DNA of 64,000 bases from Planctomycetota bacterium (GCA_038227875.1 JBBRPR010000019.1:79807-143806); one strand, 5' to 3'. Positions 18,937 through 28,918 are shown, counted from the stretch's first letter. Made by a program: numbers and translations. Notes: generated from the letters alone by a model not told the origin.

Positions 18937-21195
18937 CTACGCCGTCGCGCCGGCTTGGCGCAACAACTTCGCGATTTCGGTGTGTCCGCGCCGCGTGGCC
19001 CACGCCAGCGGCGTCGCCCACGCGGGGTCGTCGGGAAGATTCGTTTTCGCGCCGCGGCTGAGGAGCAGTTCGACCAGCGCTTTCTGGCCGCAACGCGCGG
19101 CGGTGGCCAGCGGCGTGGAACAGAATTCGTCCTCGCGCGCATTCAGGTCCGCGCCCAGGTTCAGGAACTCGACGGCCTTCTCGACGTTGCCGCTGGACGC
19201 AAAACGGTGCAGCGGCGTGATGCCCAGCCATGTCGGCTTGCTGGGATCCATGCCGTGCTGGTGAAGCATGGCGTTGATCTCCGGCGTCTTGCCGCAGTTC
19301 TCCCACACGTTCCAGACCATGCGTTTGGCCAGATCCGGCTGGTAACGGAGCATCAGCCGGACAATGTGTTCGTGCCCATTTTCCGCGGCGGTGGCCAGAG
19401 ATAACGGGTCGTCGGCCAGCGACGGATCGATCGCGAACATCGCCGCGGCGGTGCGCACGTCGCCGTAGTAGGCCAGGATCTCCAGGTCCTGTGCCGCGCC
19501 GTACGAGCAGAGCAGCTCGACCATTTTCTGATCTTTGTTCGACAACACGCGGCTGAGAATGTCGCCGGAGCTTTCGACTCGGGCATTGGGATTCGCGCCG
19601 CGCTCCAGCAACAGCTGGGCGATCTCAAAGTGGCCGGCGGTAGCGGCGCTATAAAGTGCGAAGCCTTGGGGCGCCATGCCGGGTTCAGGCAGATTCGGTT
19701 CGGCGCCGCGTTCCAGCAGCAGCTTCACGATTTCCAGATGCCCGGCCTCCGCCGCGTTGCGCAGCGCCGTGCCGGAACACGCGTAGTACCCGTAGTAATC
19801 ATCGAGACGATTGGCCAGCGACGGATCCTCATCAAGCAGCGCGCGCACGCGGGCGAGATCGCCTTTCGACAACGCGGTGCAGATGTCCTGATACGCGCCG
19901 AGCTTCAGCAGGTGGCGGTAGACGTCGTCGGGCTTGATTGGATGCTCTTTCGGCACATCGCGCCAGCCGCGGAAATGGTAGTCGCCGTTGGTGAGCTGAA
20001 TGGGCCGCGCGCCGTCGGAGCGCCGGGCGTTGAGGTCCGCGCCGCGCGCAACGAGTTCATCGATCAGCGGAAGTTGGCGGGTCATCACCGCCCAGTGGAT
20101 GGGCAGGTTGGTCCGTTCGTCGCCGGCGTGGAGCAACTCCGGCGACGCATCGAGCAGGGCTGTGACCGCGGACAGATCGCGTTTGCGGATCGCCGCAGCG
20201 ATCTCGGAACCGCGCGGAGAAACGCCGTAGGTTGTGGCCAGTTTCGTTTCCAGCAGCTTCTGCATCTGCGTGTAGCCGCGGTCGCGCGCGATATCCAGCG
20301 GACTGGAATGGAATTTCCCATCGGACGTTCCGGCCGCGTTGGCGCCGTGTTCCAGCAGCAGCGCGGCAACGTCGACGTGGTTCTCGCGCACGGCAAAGTG
20401 CAGGGGCGTGCGGTAGGCGTGCGTGCATTCCACCAGGGTGCGATCTTTGGTCAGCAGATTTTTGACACGTTCCAAATCGCCGACGCGGCACGCGCAGAGC
20501 ATCTCCCAGACGTCAACACCGGTCCCCGTCGACCAGTCGAGCCGCTCGGTAGTCGAGAGTTCCTCGGGACAGACCATGGCTTGAATCCGCGCCGCGAACG
20601 AGGCATCGCGGGATGGACTGCTGTCATGCAATTCCTGGCTCATCGCCTTCCCCACCCATTCCGCCAGTTTCGTTCTGGCATCGTGCAGCCGCTTCTTCAC
20701 CGTGGTCAGTGGCAGACCCAGGATCTCCGCGAGCTGCTCCGTATCGTAACCGCAATAATAATGGAGCACCGTGACCAGGCGGTAGGTTTCCGGCAGCGCG
20801 AGCACCGCCGCCATCGCGCTGCGCTGTTGCGCCGCCTGTTCGCGCTGCTCTTGCGGATCCATGTCCGCTCCCGAAAGTTCCGCCGCCACCGCCGGCGTGA
20901 GCGGCACCGTCTCCACCGCTTTCCGCCGCGTCAGCCGCACACATTGGCGGCGCACGATTGTCTTCAGCCATGCCGGAAAAGCCGCGGGCTGTTCCAACTT
21001 CCCCGCGCGCAATTCCCGATACACCACCACGAACGCCTCCTGCGAGGCATCCTGCGCCCCGTGCGTGTCGCCGAGGTACGCAAACGCGCAGGCGTACGCC
21101 ATGTCCTGATAGCGCACAACCACGCGCCCGAAGGCGTCGTCGTCGCCTTGCGCTGCGGCGTTCAAGTCGTGAATTGCATCATCCGGTGTGACCAT
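18937..21195 (-). CDS. ECF sigma-70 factor fused to an ankyrin-repeat domain
   Basis: Region 2 (AQDASQEAFV..AFPAWLKTIVRR) and region 4 (LPETYR...LGLPLTTVKKRLHDAR), then many ankyrin repeats (TPLHFA, LLLEHGAN, TPLAWA). Confidence 0.92.
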   Translation of the reverse strand: MVTPDDAIHDLNAAAQGDDDAFGRVVVRYQDMAYACAFAYLGDTHGAQDASQEAFVVVYRELRAGKLEQPAAFPAWLKTIVRRQCVRLTRRKAVETVPLTPAVAAELSGADMDPQEQREQAAQQRSAMAAVLALPETYRLVTVLHYYCGYDTEQLAEILGLPLTTVKKRLHDARTKLAEWVGKAMSQELHDSSPSRDASFAARIQAMVCPEELSTTERLDWSTGTGVDVWEMLCACRVGDLERVKNLLTKDRTLVECTHAYRTPLHFAVRENHVDVAALLLEHGANAAGTSDGKFHSSPLDIARDRGYTQMQKLLETKLATTYGVSPRGSEIAAAIRKRDLSAVTALLDASPELLHAGDERTNLPIHWAVMTRQLPLIDELVARGADLNARRSDGARPIQLTNGDYHFRGWRDVPKEHPIKPDDVYRHLLKLGAYQDICTALSKGDLARVRALLDEDPSLANRLDDYYGYYACSGTALRNAAEAGHLEIVKLLLERGAEPNLPEPGMAPQGFALYSAATAGHFEIAQLLLERGANPNARVESSGDILSRVLSNKDQKMVELLCSYGAAQDLEILAYYGDVRTAAAMFAIDPSLADDPLSLATAAENGHEHIVRLMLRYQPDLAKRMVWNVWENCGKTPEINAMLHQHGMDPSKPTWLGITPLHRFASSGNVEKAVEFLNLGADLNAREDEFCSTPLATAARCGQKALVELLLSRGAKTNLPDDPAWATPLAWATRRGHTEIAKLLRQAGATA

Positions 21196-21434
21196 ATGGC
21201 ATGGATTGTCCTCACGGATGAAGTGCCGTCGAGTTGGATTTGGATACGGAGAATTTTTTGATTCTGGCGCTTCTTGCCACCTTCTACACTTCGTCCAGAC
21301 GCTGGATTTGACTTCGAAAACGTGGGAGATACATTTTCTGGCCTAGCCGGGCTACGTTGTTGTTTTCGAAAAACCGATCCCGATTAGTGCTAGCTGGAAA
21401 AGAATTGCTTCTGCAAGGAAGTGGGGAGTTGTAC

Positions 21435-22454
21435 ATGGGCACTCGTGTAGGGATCAATGGATTTGGACGCATCGGCCGGTTGGTTTTCCGCGTGCTGGCA
21501 ACGCGCCCGAACGACTTTACGGTCGTGGGCATCAACGACCTCGGCGACGCCAAGCATCTGGCTCATTTGTTGAAGTACGATTCGGTTCACGGCCGCTTCC
21601 CGGGTGAAGTCGGCGTGGACGGCGACAACCTGGTTGTCAACGGCGTCAAGATTCCGGTCAGCAAGATCCGCGCGCCCAAGGACCTGCCGTGGAAGAAACT
21701 CGAAGTTGAAATCGCGGCCGAATGCACGGGTCTGTTCACCACCCGCGGCGGCGAAAAAGGCGGCTTCGGCGACCACCTCACGGCCGGCGCCAAGAAGGTG
21801 CTGCTCAGCGCGCCCGCCAAGGAAGGCGTCGACGCCACGATCGTTTTCGGTGTCAACGAGAAGTCCTTGAAGGCCACCGACCTGACCTTCTCCAACGCCA
21901 GCTGCACGACCAACTGCACGGCGCCGGTGATGAAGGTGCTCAACGACAGCTTCGGCATCGTCAAGGGCATGGTCACCACGATTCACGCCTACACCAACGA
22001 CCAGCGCATCAACGATCTAATTCACGAAGACATGCGCCGTGCGCGCGCCGCCGCGGTGAACATCATCCCGACGACCACCGGCATGTCCAAGGCGATCAGC
22101 GAAGTCATCCCGGAACTGAAGGGCAAGATCGAAGGCGTCTCGTTCCGCGTGCCGGTCCCGACTGGCTCGCTGATCGACTGCACGCTGGAAGTCGGCCGCG
22201 ACGTGACGGTTCAGGAAATCAACGGCGCCTTGAAGGCCGCCAGCGATGGCCCGATGAAGGGCATCCTCGGTTACACCGACGAACCGATCGTCTCCAGCGA
22301 CATCGTCCACGATCCCCACAGCTCGATCATCGATTCGCTCCTGACCGCCGTGGTCCAGAAGCGCGTCATCAAGGTGGTCAGCTGGTACGACAACGAATGG
22401 GGTTTCTCCAACCGCATGGGTGACTTGATTGCGCTCGCTTCGAAGTTGAAGTAA
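21435..22454 (+). CDS. gap: Type I glyceraldehyde-3-phosphate dehydrogenase
   Basis: MGTRVGINGFGRIGR, NASCTTNC, RRARAAA, SWYDNEWG. RBS GGGAG. Confidence 0.98.
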   Translation: MGTRVGINGFGRIGRLVFRVLATRPNDFTVVGINDLGDAKHLAHLLKYDSVHGRFPGEVGVDGDNLVVNGVKIPVSKIRAPKDLPWKKLEVEIAAECTGLFTTRGGEKGGFGDHLTAGAKKVLLSAPAKEGVDATIVFGVNEKSLKATDLTFSNASCTTNCTAPVMKVLNDSFGIVKGMVTTIHAYTNDQRINDLIHEDMRRARAAAVNIIPTTTGMSKAISEVIPELKGKIEGVSFRVPVPTGSLIDCTLEVGRDVTVQEINGALKAASDGPMKGILGYTDEPIVSSDIVHDPHSSIIDSLLTAVVQKRVIKVVSWYDNEWGFSNRMGDLIALASKLK

Positions 22455-22465
22455 GCGCGGAGGTG

Positions 22466-22653
22466 GTTTTGAGTTATGAGTTTTTAGTTTTGAGTTGCGT
22501 TGCACTTTTCAGTGCGCGCAACTCAAAACTTTTCTTAACTCAGATTTACAGATGTCGGTTAACATGAAATAAAGGTGCCTGCGAAATTTCGGTTTTGAGT
22601 TGCGCGAGTCATTTCAAGCGTAACTCAAAACTTAAAACTCAAAACTCAAAACT
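22466..22653. repeat. Nested inverted heptamer repeats (AACTCAA/TTGAGTT)
   Basis: GTTTTGAGTTATGAGTTTTTAGTTTTGAGTTGCG ... GCGCAACTCAAAACT ... GTTTTGAGTTGCGC ... GCGTAACTCAAAACTTAAAACTCAAAACTCAAAACT. Confidence 0.85.
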
Positions 22654-22665
22654 ATCGGAGGCCTC

Positions 22666-23346
22666 ATGTCCATCGACGTGACCATCAACGAGCTCAAGTC
22701 GGGCAAGAAGAAGCGGCTGATTGCGCCGTCGGTGATTTCCGCGGACTTCACCAGGCTCAAAGATGAGCTCCAGGCGATCGAGGCGGCCGGGGCCGACTGG
22801 CTGCATGTCGACGTCATGGACGGGCAGTTTGTGCCCAATCTGACGCTGGGCATGTTCATCGTCGATGCGTTGAAGAAGATGACCAAGCTGCCGCTGGATT
22901 GCCATCTGATGATGCAGCATCCGGAAAACTATGTGGAACAGTTCATCAAGGCCGGCGCGGAATTCGTGACCGTGCATCCGGAATCCGAAGGCTACATTTT
23001 CGGTGCGCTGGACAAGATCAAAAACGCTGGCTGCCGCGCGGGCATGGCGATCAAGCCGGCGACGCCGGTCTCGGTGATCTCCGACTACATCAAGTTCCTC
23101 GACATGATCCTGGTGATGACCGTCAACCCGGGCTTCAGCGGCCAGACGATGATCCAGTCGGCGCTCCCGAAGTACCAGGAATGCCGGAAGCTCTTCGGCA
23201 ACGACATCCTGCTGGAGATCGACGGCGGCGTGATGCCGGAAAACGCGGCGAAGGTTCATGACGCCGGCGCTCAGGTGATCGTGGCGGCGACGGCGGTGTT
23301 CAAATCCAAGAGCTACAAGGAAGCAATCGGCACGCTGCGGGGCTGA
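22666..23346 (+). CDS. rpe: Ribulose-phosphate 3-epimerase
   Basis: IAPSVISADF, WLHVDVMDGQFVPNLT, DCHLM, MTVNPGFSGQ, EIDGG. Confidence 0.97.
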   Translation: MSIDVTINELKSGKKKRLIAPSVISADFTRLKDELQAIEAAGADWLHVDVMDGQFVPNLTLGMFIVDALKKMTKLPLDCHLMMQHPENYVEQFIKAGAEFVTVHPESEGYIFGALDKIKNAGCRAGMAIKPATPVSVISDYIKFLDMILVMTVNPGFSGQTMIQSALPKYQECRKLFGNDILLEIDGGVMPENAAKVHDAGAQVIVAATAVFKSKSYKEAIGTLRG

Positions 23347-23366
23347 GACGCTTCAGCCAGACCTTT

Positions 23367-23672
23367 GTGCCTTTGGGCACAAAGGTCGGTAGAACTTGCG
23401 GAGTTTGTGGAGCTCGGCGCGTGAATCTGGACGAGCCGGTTGATACTCCGAGTCTATCAACGCGGATCGGGCGTATTGCGGGCCTGTTCGGCTTGGTTGT
23501 GGGCGGAGTTATGATAGTCCTCGGTATGAATGCGTTTTTTGGAACATCGCCCAATCCCGAACTTGGAGGAATCAGCATTATGCTGGGTGTATTGATCGTG
23601 GCGGCTAGTATTGCGATGGATAGCAACAGCCATGAGCCGGACGAGATTAAAAACCAGGAGCCGCACGCTTGA
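23367..23672 (+). CDS. Small two-TM membrane protein, hypothetical
   Basis: Two hydrophobic segments. The start is uncertain (possibly GTG 23421 after GGAG). Confidence 0.55.
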   Translation: MPLGTKVGRTCGVCGARRVNLDEPVDTPSLSTRIGRIAGLFGLVVGGVMIVLGMNAFFGTSPNPELGGISIMLGVLIVAASIAMDSNSHEPDEIKNQEPHA

Positions 23673-23935
23673 GGACTGAACCACCACGCCGCTTCAAGCT
23701 GCCCGTTGCGATGGGCTTGTTTATGCTGGTTTACGGCGGCGTGATCGATGTCTTCGCGGTGGAGAGCCTGGTCGAAGGCGACTTGAGCGGCATCGGAACG
23801 TTCATGCTGGGAATATTTATTGTGGCTCTGGGCACTGTCTGTGACCGTGACCGCCATCGCGACTATGTGGCCGAGGCGCGCCGCGAAGAGCAACTCGAAC
23901 GAGAGGCCGCCGACTCCAATGGAAAAACGACCTGA
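23669..23935 (+). CDS. Small two-TM membrane protein, hypothetical
   Basis: TTGA start/stop overlap with the previous ORF, two hydrophobic segments, overlaps the start of the next gene. Confidence 0.55.
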   Translation: MRTEPPRRFKLPVAMGLFMLVYGGVIDVFAVESLVEGDLSGIGTFMLGIFIVALGTVCDRDRHRDYVAEARREEQLEREAADSNGKTT

Positions 23936-24968
23936 GCTTATTCTGACCCTCCTGGCCCTGGCGCTGATCTCAACGTTGCGCGCCGAAGATTCACCCGCTC
24001 CAAAACCTGGCGATGCCTACCGCGTGATCAAGAAGGTCCCGCTCGGCGGCGACGGCTTCTGGGATTACCTGCTGGCCGACGCGGCGGAACACAAGCTCTA
24101 CATCGCCCGCGGCAACCGCATCATGATTGTCGACATGGACACGGAAAAGCTGACCGGCGAAATCACGGGCATTGACGGCGCGCACGGCATCGCTCTGGTC
24201 CCGGATCTGCAGCGCGCGTTCGCGACCAGTGGCCGCGACGCGACGGTCCGCGTGATCGATCTGAAGACGCTGAAGGAAACCGACCGGCTCAAGGCCGGCC
24301 CGAAAGCCGATGCGATCATTTATGAGCCGGTGACCAAACACGTCTTTGCGTTCAACAATCAGATCACCTCCGTTACCGTCATCGACGCCGCGAAAGCGAA
24401 GGTGGAGTCGGAGTTGGAACTGGGCGGCAACCCGGAATTCGCCGTCGCCGATGGCACGGGGAAGGTCTTCGTCAATCTGGAAGACAAGAACGAGATTGTG
24501 GCGATCGATGCCGCGACGTTAAAGGTCACCGCGCGCTGGCCGCTTGCGCCAGGCGCTTCGCCGACGGGCCTGGCGCTCGACGGTGCGCATCACCGGCTGT
24601 TCTCCGGCTGCCGCGAGAGCAAAACCTTAGTCGTGATGGACTCCGAGAACGGCAAGATTGTCGCCTCCCTTCCCATCGGTGATGGTGTGGACGCCGTCGC
24701 GTTCGATCCGGAATCGCAGAACGCTTTCAGTTCCAACGGCGATGGTACGGTGACGGTGGTTCATGAGGACGACCCGGCGACATTCAAGGTGACGCAGACG
24801 GTACAGACTCTGCCCGGCGCGCGCACGTGTACGCTGGACCCGAAGACACACCGCCTCTGGCTGGTGAGCGCCGAGACCCAACCGGCGCCCAACGACAAAG
24901 TCGAACAGAATCGGCAACATCGCTCACTGATTCCAGATTCGTTTACGGCGATTGTGGTGGGGAAGTAG
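23919..24968 (+). CDS. YncE/YVTN-type secreted beta-propeller protein
   Basis: Signal peptide, GGDGFWDYL, GAHGIAL, GGNPEFAVADG.GKVFVNLED, PTGLALD, IGDGVDAVAFD, GART. Confidence 0.88.
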   Translation: MEKRPELILTLLALALISTLRAEDSPAPKPGDAYRVIKKVPLGGDGFWDYLLADAAEHKLYIARGNRIMIVDMDTEKLTGEITGIDGAHGIALVPDLQRAFATSGRDATVRVIDLKTLKETDRLKAGPKADAIIYEPVTKHVFAFNNQITSVTVIDAAKAKVESELELGGNPEFAVADGTGKVFVNLEDKNEIVAIDAATLKVTARWPLAPGASPTGLALDGAHHRLFSGCRESKTLVVMDSENGKIVASLPIGDGVDAVAFDPESQNAFSSNGDGTVTVVHEDDPATFKVTQTVQTLPGARTCTLDPKTHRLWLVSAETQPAPNDKVEQNRQHRSLIPDSFTAIVVGK

Positions 24969-25000
24969 AGGCGGATATTAGAGTCGTAAACAATCCTGCA

Positions 25001-25372
25001 TTAGGAGCTCGCACACACCGTGTAAAGTTTGTGGACCATTTCCAGCACGGTGAAGGGGTCGAAGGGCTTCTGAATATAGTACGGTATTCCCATTTCAGCG
25101 GCCTTGGACTTCGCGTCCACTCCCGTCATTAAGACGATATGAACGGGATTGTTGACCAGCTTTGCTTTTTGCAGGAAATCCAACGGATCGAAATCGGGCA
25201 GCGTGTAGTCAATAAAAAGAATGCAGGGCTGCGTGCAGGAATGCAATTCGACCAAGGCATGCGCGCCATCGTTGCACGCTTTGACAGGATAACCGTCCGC
25301 GCTGAGCACCATTTCGAGCATTTGGGTCGTATCGACATGGTCATCGAGTATAAATATCGGGTGATTCTTCAT
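25001..25372 (-). CDS. Single-domain response regulator (CheY-like)
   Basis: ILDD, FIDYTLP (phospho-Asp), LMTG, IQKPF. Confidence 0.85.
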   Translation of the reverse strand: MKNHPIFILDDHVDTTQMLEMVLSADGYPVKACNDGAHALVELHSCTQPCILFIDYTLPDFDPLDFLQKAKLVNNPVHIVLMTGVDAKSKAAEMGIPYYIQKPFDPFTVLEMVHKLYTVCASS

Positions 25373-25448
25373 TTCGAGGCTCTCCCAAGTCGAGTCCCTC
25401 GAGTGACAACAATTACCGTTCCAAATTGGCGCTGATTTAAAACATAGT

Positions 25449-26165
25449 TCAGGCCGAGCAGGACACGGGCAGCGCCGCACTTCCTTTCAGCACATCGCAG
25501 TAGGTTTCCAATGCGCGCTCGCCTTGCGCGGTCAGCTGGTACGTGCCTCGACCGAGGCGCTGGAACCAGCCGTAATAATTGTTGAGCAGAATGCTGCCGG
25601 CCTTGGTGCTCTCCGCACCCTTGGCAACGGCGCGCACGAGGCTCGGTCCGAGCACTTTCAGTTGTTGAGCAATGCGCAGCGCTTCTTCGCGGTAGGCGGT
25701 GACGATCTTCCGCCGCGTGCTGCCGCCGATGTTGTAGTCGCCGCTGCGCTTCTCGATTTCGCGGAGGATCAGCCGCCGGCGCTTGCTGTCGATGCGCGGT
25801 TTGTACGGCGCTGGATCGAGGAGGACGTCGGGTATGCCATCCGGCGCCGCACCGCGCTTTTTGCGCTTCATGTGCACGATGATCAAGCCCAGTCCCAGCC
25901 GCTTGCAAAGCCGCAGCATGCCGCGCCGCCGTTTGCGGTCGTAACGTTTGGGCGCTTCAAACGCGAGGTATACGGTTTCGGTGGCGCGCTGACGTTCCAG
26001 GCCTTGGAAGACGAGTTCCAGGTTGAAGGCGCATTTCATTTCCACGATCAACAGATCGTCGCCGCGCCGCGCAGCCAGATCGCAGGCATTCACTTCGCCG
26101 AAGACGGAGAAGCCTTGGGCTTCAAAGGCGCGCTTCAGCGGGAGGTAGAGGTCGGATTCGGGCAT
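25449..26165 (-). CDS. DUF2161 family putative PD-(D/E)XK phosphodiesterase
   Basis: ESDLYLPLK, GEV..CD, VEMK..FNLEL..QGLERQ, LCKRLGLGL, TAYREEAL, NYYGWFQRLGRGTYQLT. Confidence 0.85.
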   Translation of the reverse strand: MPESDLYLPLKRAFEAQGFSVFGEVNACDLAARRGDDLLIVEMKCAFNLELVFQGLERQRATETVYLAFEAPKRYDRKRRRGMLRLCKRLGLGLIIVHMKRKKRGAAPDGIPDVLLDPAPYKPRIDSKRRRLILREIEKRSGDYNIGGSTRRKIVTAYREEALRIAQQLKVLGPSLVRAVAKGAESTKAGSILLNNYYGWFQRLGRGTYQLTAQGERALETYCDVLKGSAALPVSCSA

Positions 26166-26204
26166 ACAGAAGGTTTCGTCAATTTCGCCGGCGAGGTCAA
26201 GCGG

Positions 26205-26266
26205 GAATGTCGAATGTCGAACGTCGCAGGGACCAACTCCCCGCTTGCACGGGGAGTTGGTCCTGC
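26205..26266 (-). terminator. Long hairpin downstream of the DUF4394 gene, adjoining GAATGTC heptamers
   Basis: GGACCAACTCCCCG-CTTGCA-CGGGGAGTTGGTCC plus GAATGTCGAATGTCGAACGTC. No U-tract is evident. Confidence 0.55.
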
Positions 26267-26275
26267 TTGCGCGAC

Positions 26276-28918
26276 TTACTTCTTTACCTTGGCCAGCTGA
26301 GCGTTGCCGCTCTTGCCCTTCTTTGCTGAATAGGTCAGCGACTTGGTGGCTTCGTACTTCACGTTGTTCAGATAGAGATCGAGGGTGATCGTCGCCGCCT
26401 GTTTCGAGGCATCGATGGAGGTCAGGCCGGAGTTGGCCAGGAAGGTGGCGAACGTGTTCTTGGACATCGTCACCGTGTACTTGGCCACGCCGCCGCTCTT
26501 GGACGTCTGGAGCTTGAAGGAGTTCGTGCCGCCGGCCGGGCGGCAGGTGCCCTTCTTGTCGGAGCCAGACTTGTCCAGCGTGAAGCGGCCGAGGACTCCG
26601 CCAACGCCGCCGACATCCACCAGCACCGGCTTGCCCAGCACCGTGCCAGTGAACGGAACCGTGCCGCTGAGGCTGACACTGTCGCCACCGCTCTTGGCGA
26701 AGTTCAACTTCGCGGAGAACTTCGTGACCGTCAGCGTCTGAGCCGTGCCGGCCGGGGCGCCACTGAAGGGCGTCGACGAGGCGCTGGCAGGATCGCTGCC
26801 GAAGAGCGTTTCCAGTTCGTTGGTGAAGCCGTCGCCGTCGATGTCATCCTTGTCGGAGATGATCAGCGTCGCGGTGCTCTGCGCGCCCAGCAGTGCGCCG
26901 ACGGGATTCTTCAGCGTCAGATTCACGGTCTTGAAGAGGTCCAGCGTCTTGTCGTCGAAGGTCGGCACGTTGATCGTGCGCGACGTTTCGCCGTCGAGGA
27001 ACGTCAGCGTTCCGGTCAGCGGCGAATAGTCGGTCACCGGCGTGGCCAACCCGCCGGGCGTCACCGCGGTGCCGCCCGTGCCGATGGCGTAGTCGATCGT
27101 CGCAATGCCCGTGCTGCCACCGGAACGGCTGACGGTGATCTGCGCGACATTCGTCTCGATCACCTGGTAACTGGCGGCCGAGAATTGAATCGCACCGGCG
27201 CCGGAGCCTGTCGTACCGGCCGTCTGGCTGGGGATGGCCAGCAGCCGGACCGTTGTTGCTGGGCTGGTGAGCCCCGGTACGGTGCCGAAGCTCTGCGTCG
27301 CGCCGTTGACGAGATTGACCAACTGCAGAGTGGTTCCGGCGTTGAGGATGAAGCCTCGGCCATCGGGCGCGACTTGGAAGGAGTTGACGTTGGTCAGGGC
27401 AATCGACGATTGAGTTGGGACACCGGCGTTGGTGAACATCTGCGTGTTCAACGTTCCAGCGTCCTGCGGGCTTTGCGTGGTGATCAGGGTTTTGGAACCG
27501 GTCTGATCGAGGAAGAGCAACGTGGTTGAAGCCACCCCGTTGTTCTTGTTGGTGTAGGCGGAACCGGCAAGGACGGGCGTGCGTCCGAAATTGGGATCAC
27601 CGGTGACATAGGCCGGCGCCGGATCGAGATTGATCAGCGTCGCGGTCTTTGGATCGACGCGGGCGTTGAGACCACCGTTGCTGGCGTGGATGCGGAGGAC
27701 GTCGCGGACGGGATCAAAATTCATGCTGTAGCGCAGACCACCCGACGGATTGGGCAGCTTGATCGTCGAACCCACCGCCGTGGCGGCGCCGGTCACTGTG
27801 TCGATGGTGTAGAGCCCGAAATCGTTGCCGTTGCTGGTGAGACCGTAGAGCGAGCCGTTGCTGGGGCGGAAGTCCAGTGCGACCAGGAACGAGCCATTGG
27901 GCAGGCCCGTGATCGGCGACTGAGCCACCAGGACGGCGGGGCTGGCCAGATTGAACTTGGCCAACCCGGGATTCACTTTCGTCACCGTGTTCACCACATC
28001 CTGCGTCGCACCGAAAGCGAACACGACCGGCGGCGGCGGAACGGCGATGCTCACCACCAGGTCCGGCGAGCCGATGGCCGCCAGCAGTGTCGCTGAACCG
28101 GTGGCCAGATCGATGTTGAAGAACGACGACGTCGTGGCGCCGGCTGGCTGGAGCGCGGCGAAGGCCGTCCCACTGAACGGCGAGATGGTGAAGCCCGCGT
28201 TGTCGCCGATGGCCACGCCCAGCTTGCCGATCTGGTTCAGGAAGCCGGAATTTCCCGTATGCGTAGTGAGGATGCCGAGTGTGGAATCGATGGCGTAGAG
28301 CGTCGAACCGGGGGCATTGACGAATTTGTTGGACTGCGTTAGCGCGACGACGTGCGGCGAGGAGGTGGCGTTGGCATCGTTGTAGGTCAGCGAGCTATCC
28401 GTTGCGACCAGCGAGCCGTTGACGGGGCTCACGCGCAAGTTCTGTCCGTTTTCGTTGTCGACGCGGAAGAGATCGCTGGCGAAGGTCGGAACGTAAGTGA
28501 AGCTGTAGTGCGAACCGGTCAGCGTCGTCGAGAAATTGGGCAGCGGGGTCTGCGGCGGCGTCTGCAGCCCGACCAGGGACGCAACGCCGGTGACCGGGTT
28601 GATCTGGTAGAGGCGGCCAGTGAAGTTCGGGACCGGCGGCGGCACGCCACCCGGCGGAGTAGCGGAGATGGCGATGCCGTAGAGTTGGCCGTTGTATGTG
28701 CGGAAGTCGATGGCGACGATCTTCTCACCGGTCTGCAGCCCCGTGATCGGCGTGGTGCTGATCAGCGTCCCCGGCGAACTGGCGTCGAAGCGGATGAGAT
28801 TGTTGGCCGCCGTGACGGCGAGCACATCCTCCGCGTGCACGCAGCTGAGTGAAGCCGACAGGCCGAGCACCAGTGCGCTCAAGACCCCCAACAGACTCCG
28901 AGACGATGACAGACGCAT
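26276..28918 (-). CDS. Secreted protein: 2x DUF4394-like + Calx-beta + DxDGDG motif + conserved C-terminal domain
   Basis: Signal peptide, ITGLQTGEKIVAIDFR..NGQLYGI and ITGL..LVALDFRPSNGSLYGL, IQFSAASYQV.E...GTLTFLDGETSRTINV (Calx-beta), DIDGDGFTNELE..GSDP. Confidence 0.85.
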   Translation of the reverse strand: MRLSSSRSLLGVLSALVLGLSASLSCVHAEDVLAVTAANNLIRFDASSPGTLISTTPITGLQTGEKIVAIDFRTYNGQLYGIAISATPPGGVPPPVPNFTGRLYQINPVTGVASLVGLQTPPQTPLPNFSTTLTGSHYSFTYVPTFASDLFRVDNENGQNLRVSPVNGSLVATDSSLTYNDANATSSPHVVALTQSNKFVNAPGSTLYAIDSTLGILTTHTGNSGFLNQIGKLGVAIGDNAGFTISPFSGTAFAALQPAGATTSSFFNIDLATGSATLLAAIGSPDLVVSIAVPPPPVVFAFGATQDVVNTVTKVNPGLAKFNLASPAVLVAQSPITGLPNGSFLVALDFRPSNGSLYGLTSNGNDFGLYTIDTVTGAATAVGSTIKLPNPSGGLRYSMNFDPVRDVLRIHASNGGLNARVDPKTATLINLDPAPAYVTGDPNFGRTPVLAGSAYTNKNNGVASTTLLFLDQTGSKTLITTQSPQDAGTLNTQMFTNAGVPTQSSIALTNVNSFQVAPDGRGFILNAGTTLQLVNLVNGATQSFGTVPGLTSPATTVRLLAIPSQTAGTTGSGAGAIQFSAASYQVIETNVAQITVSRSGGSTGIATIDYAIGTGGTAVTPGGLATPVTDYSPLTGTLTFLDGETSRTINVPTFDDKTLDLFKTVNLTLKNPVGALLGAQSTATLIISDKDDIDGDGFTNELETLFGSDPASASSTPFSGAPAGTAQTLTVTKFSAKLNFAKSGGDSVSLSGTVPFTGTVLGKPVLVDVGGVGGVLGRFTLDKSGSDKKGTCRPAGGTNSFKLQTSKSGGVAKYTVTMSKNTFATFLANSGLTSIDASKQAATITLDLYLNNVKYEATKSLTYSAKKGKSGNAQLAKVKK

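Noticed and set aside
25449..26165. DUF2161 nuclease-fold gene as a defence system
   Set aside because: A solitary, widespread gene with no methylase, ATPase or other defence partner adjacent.
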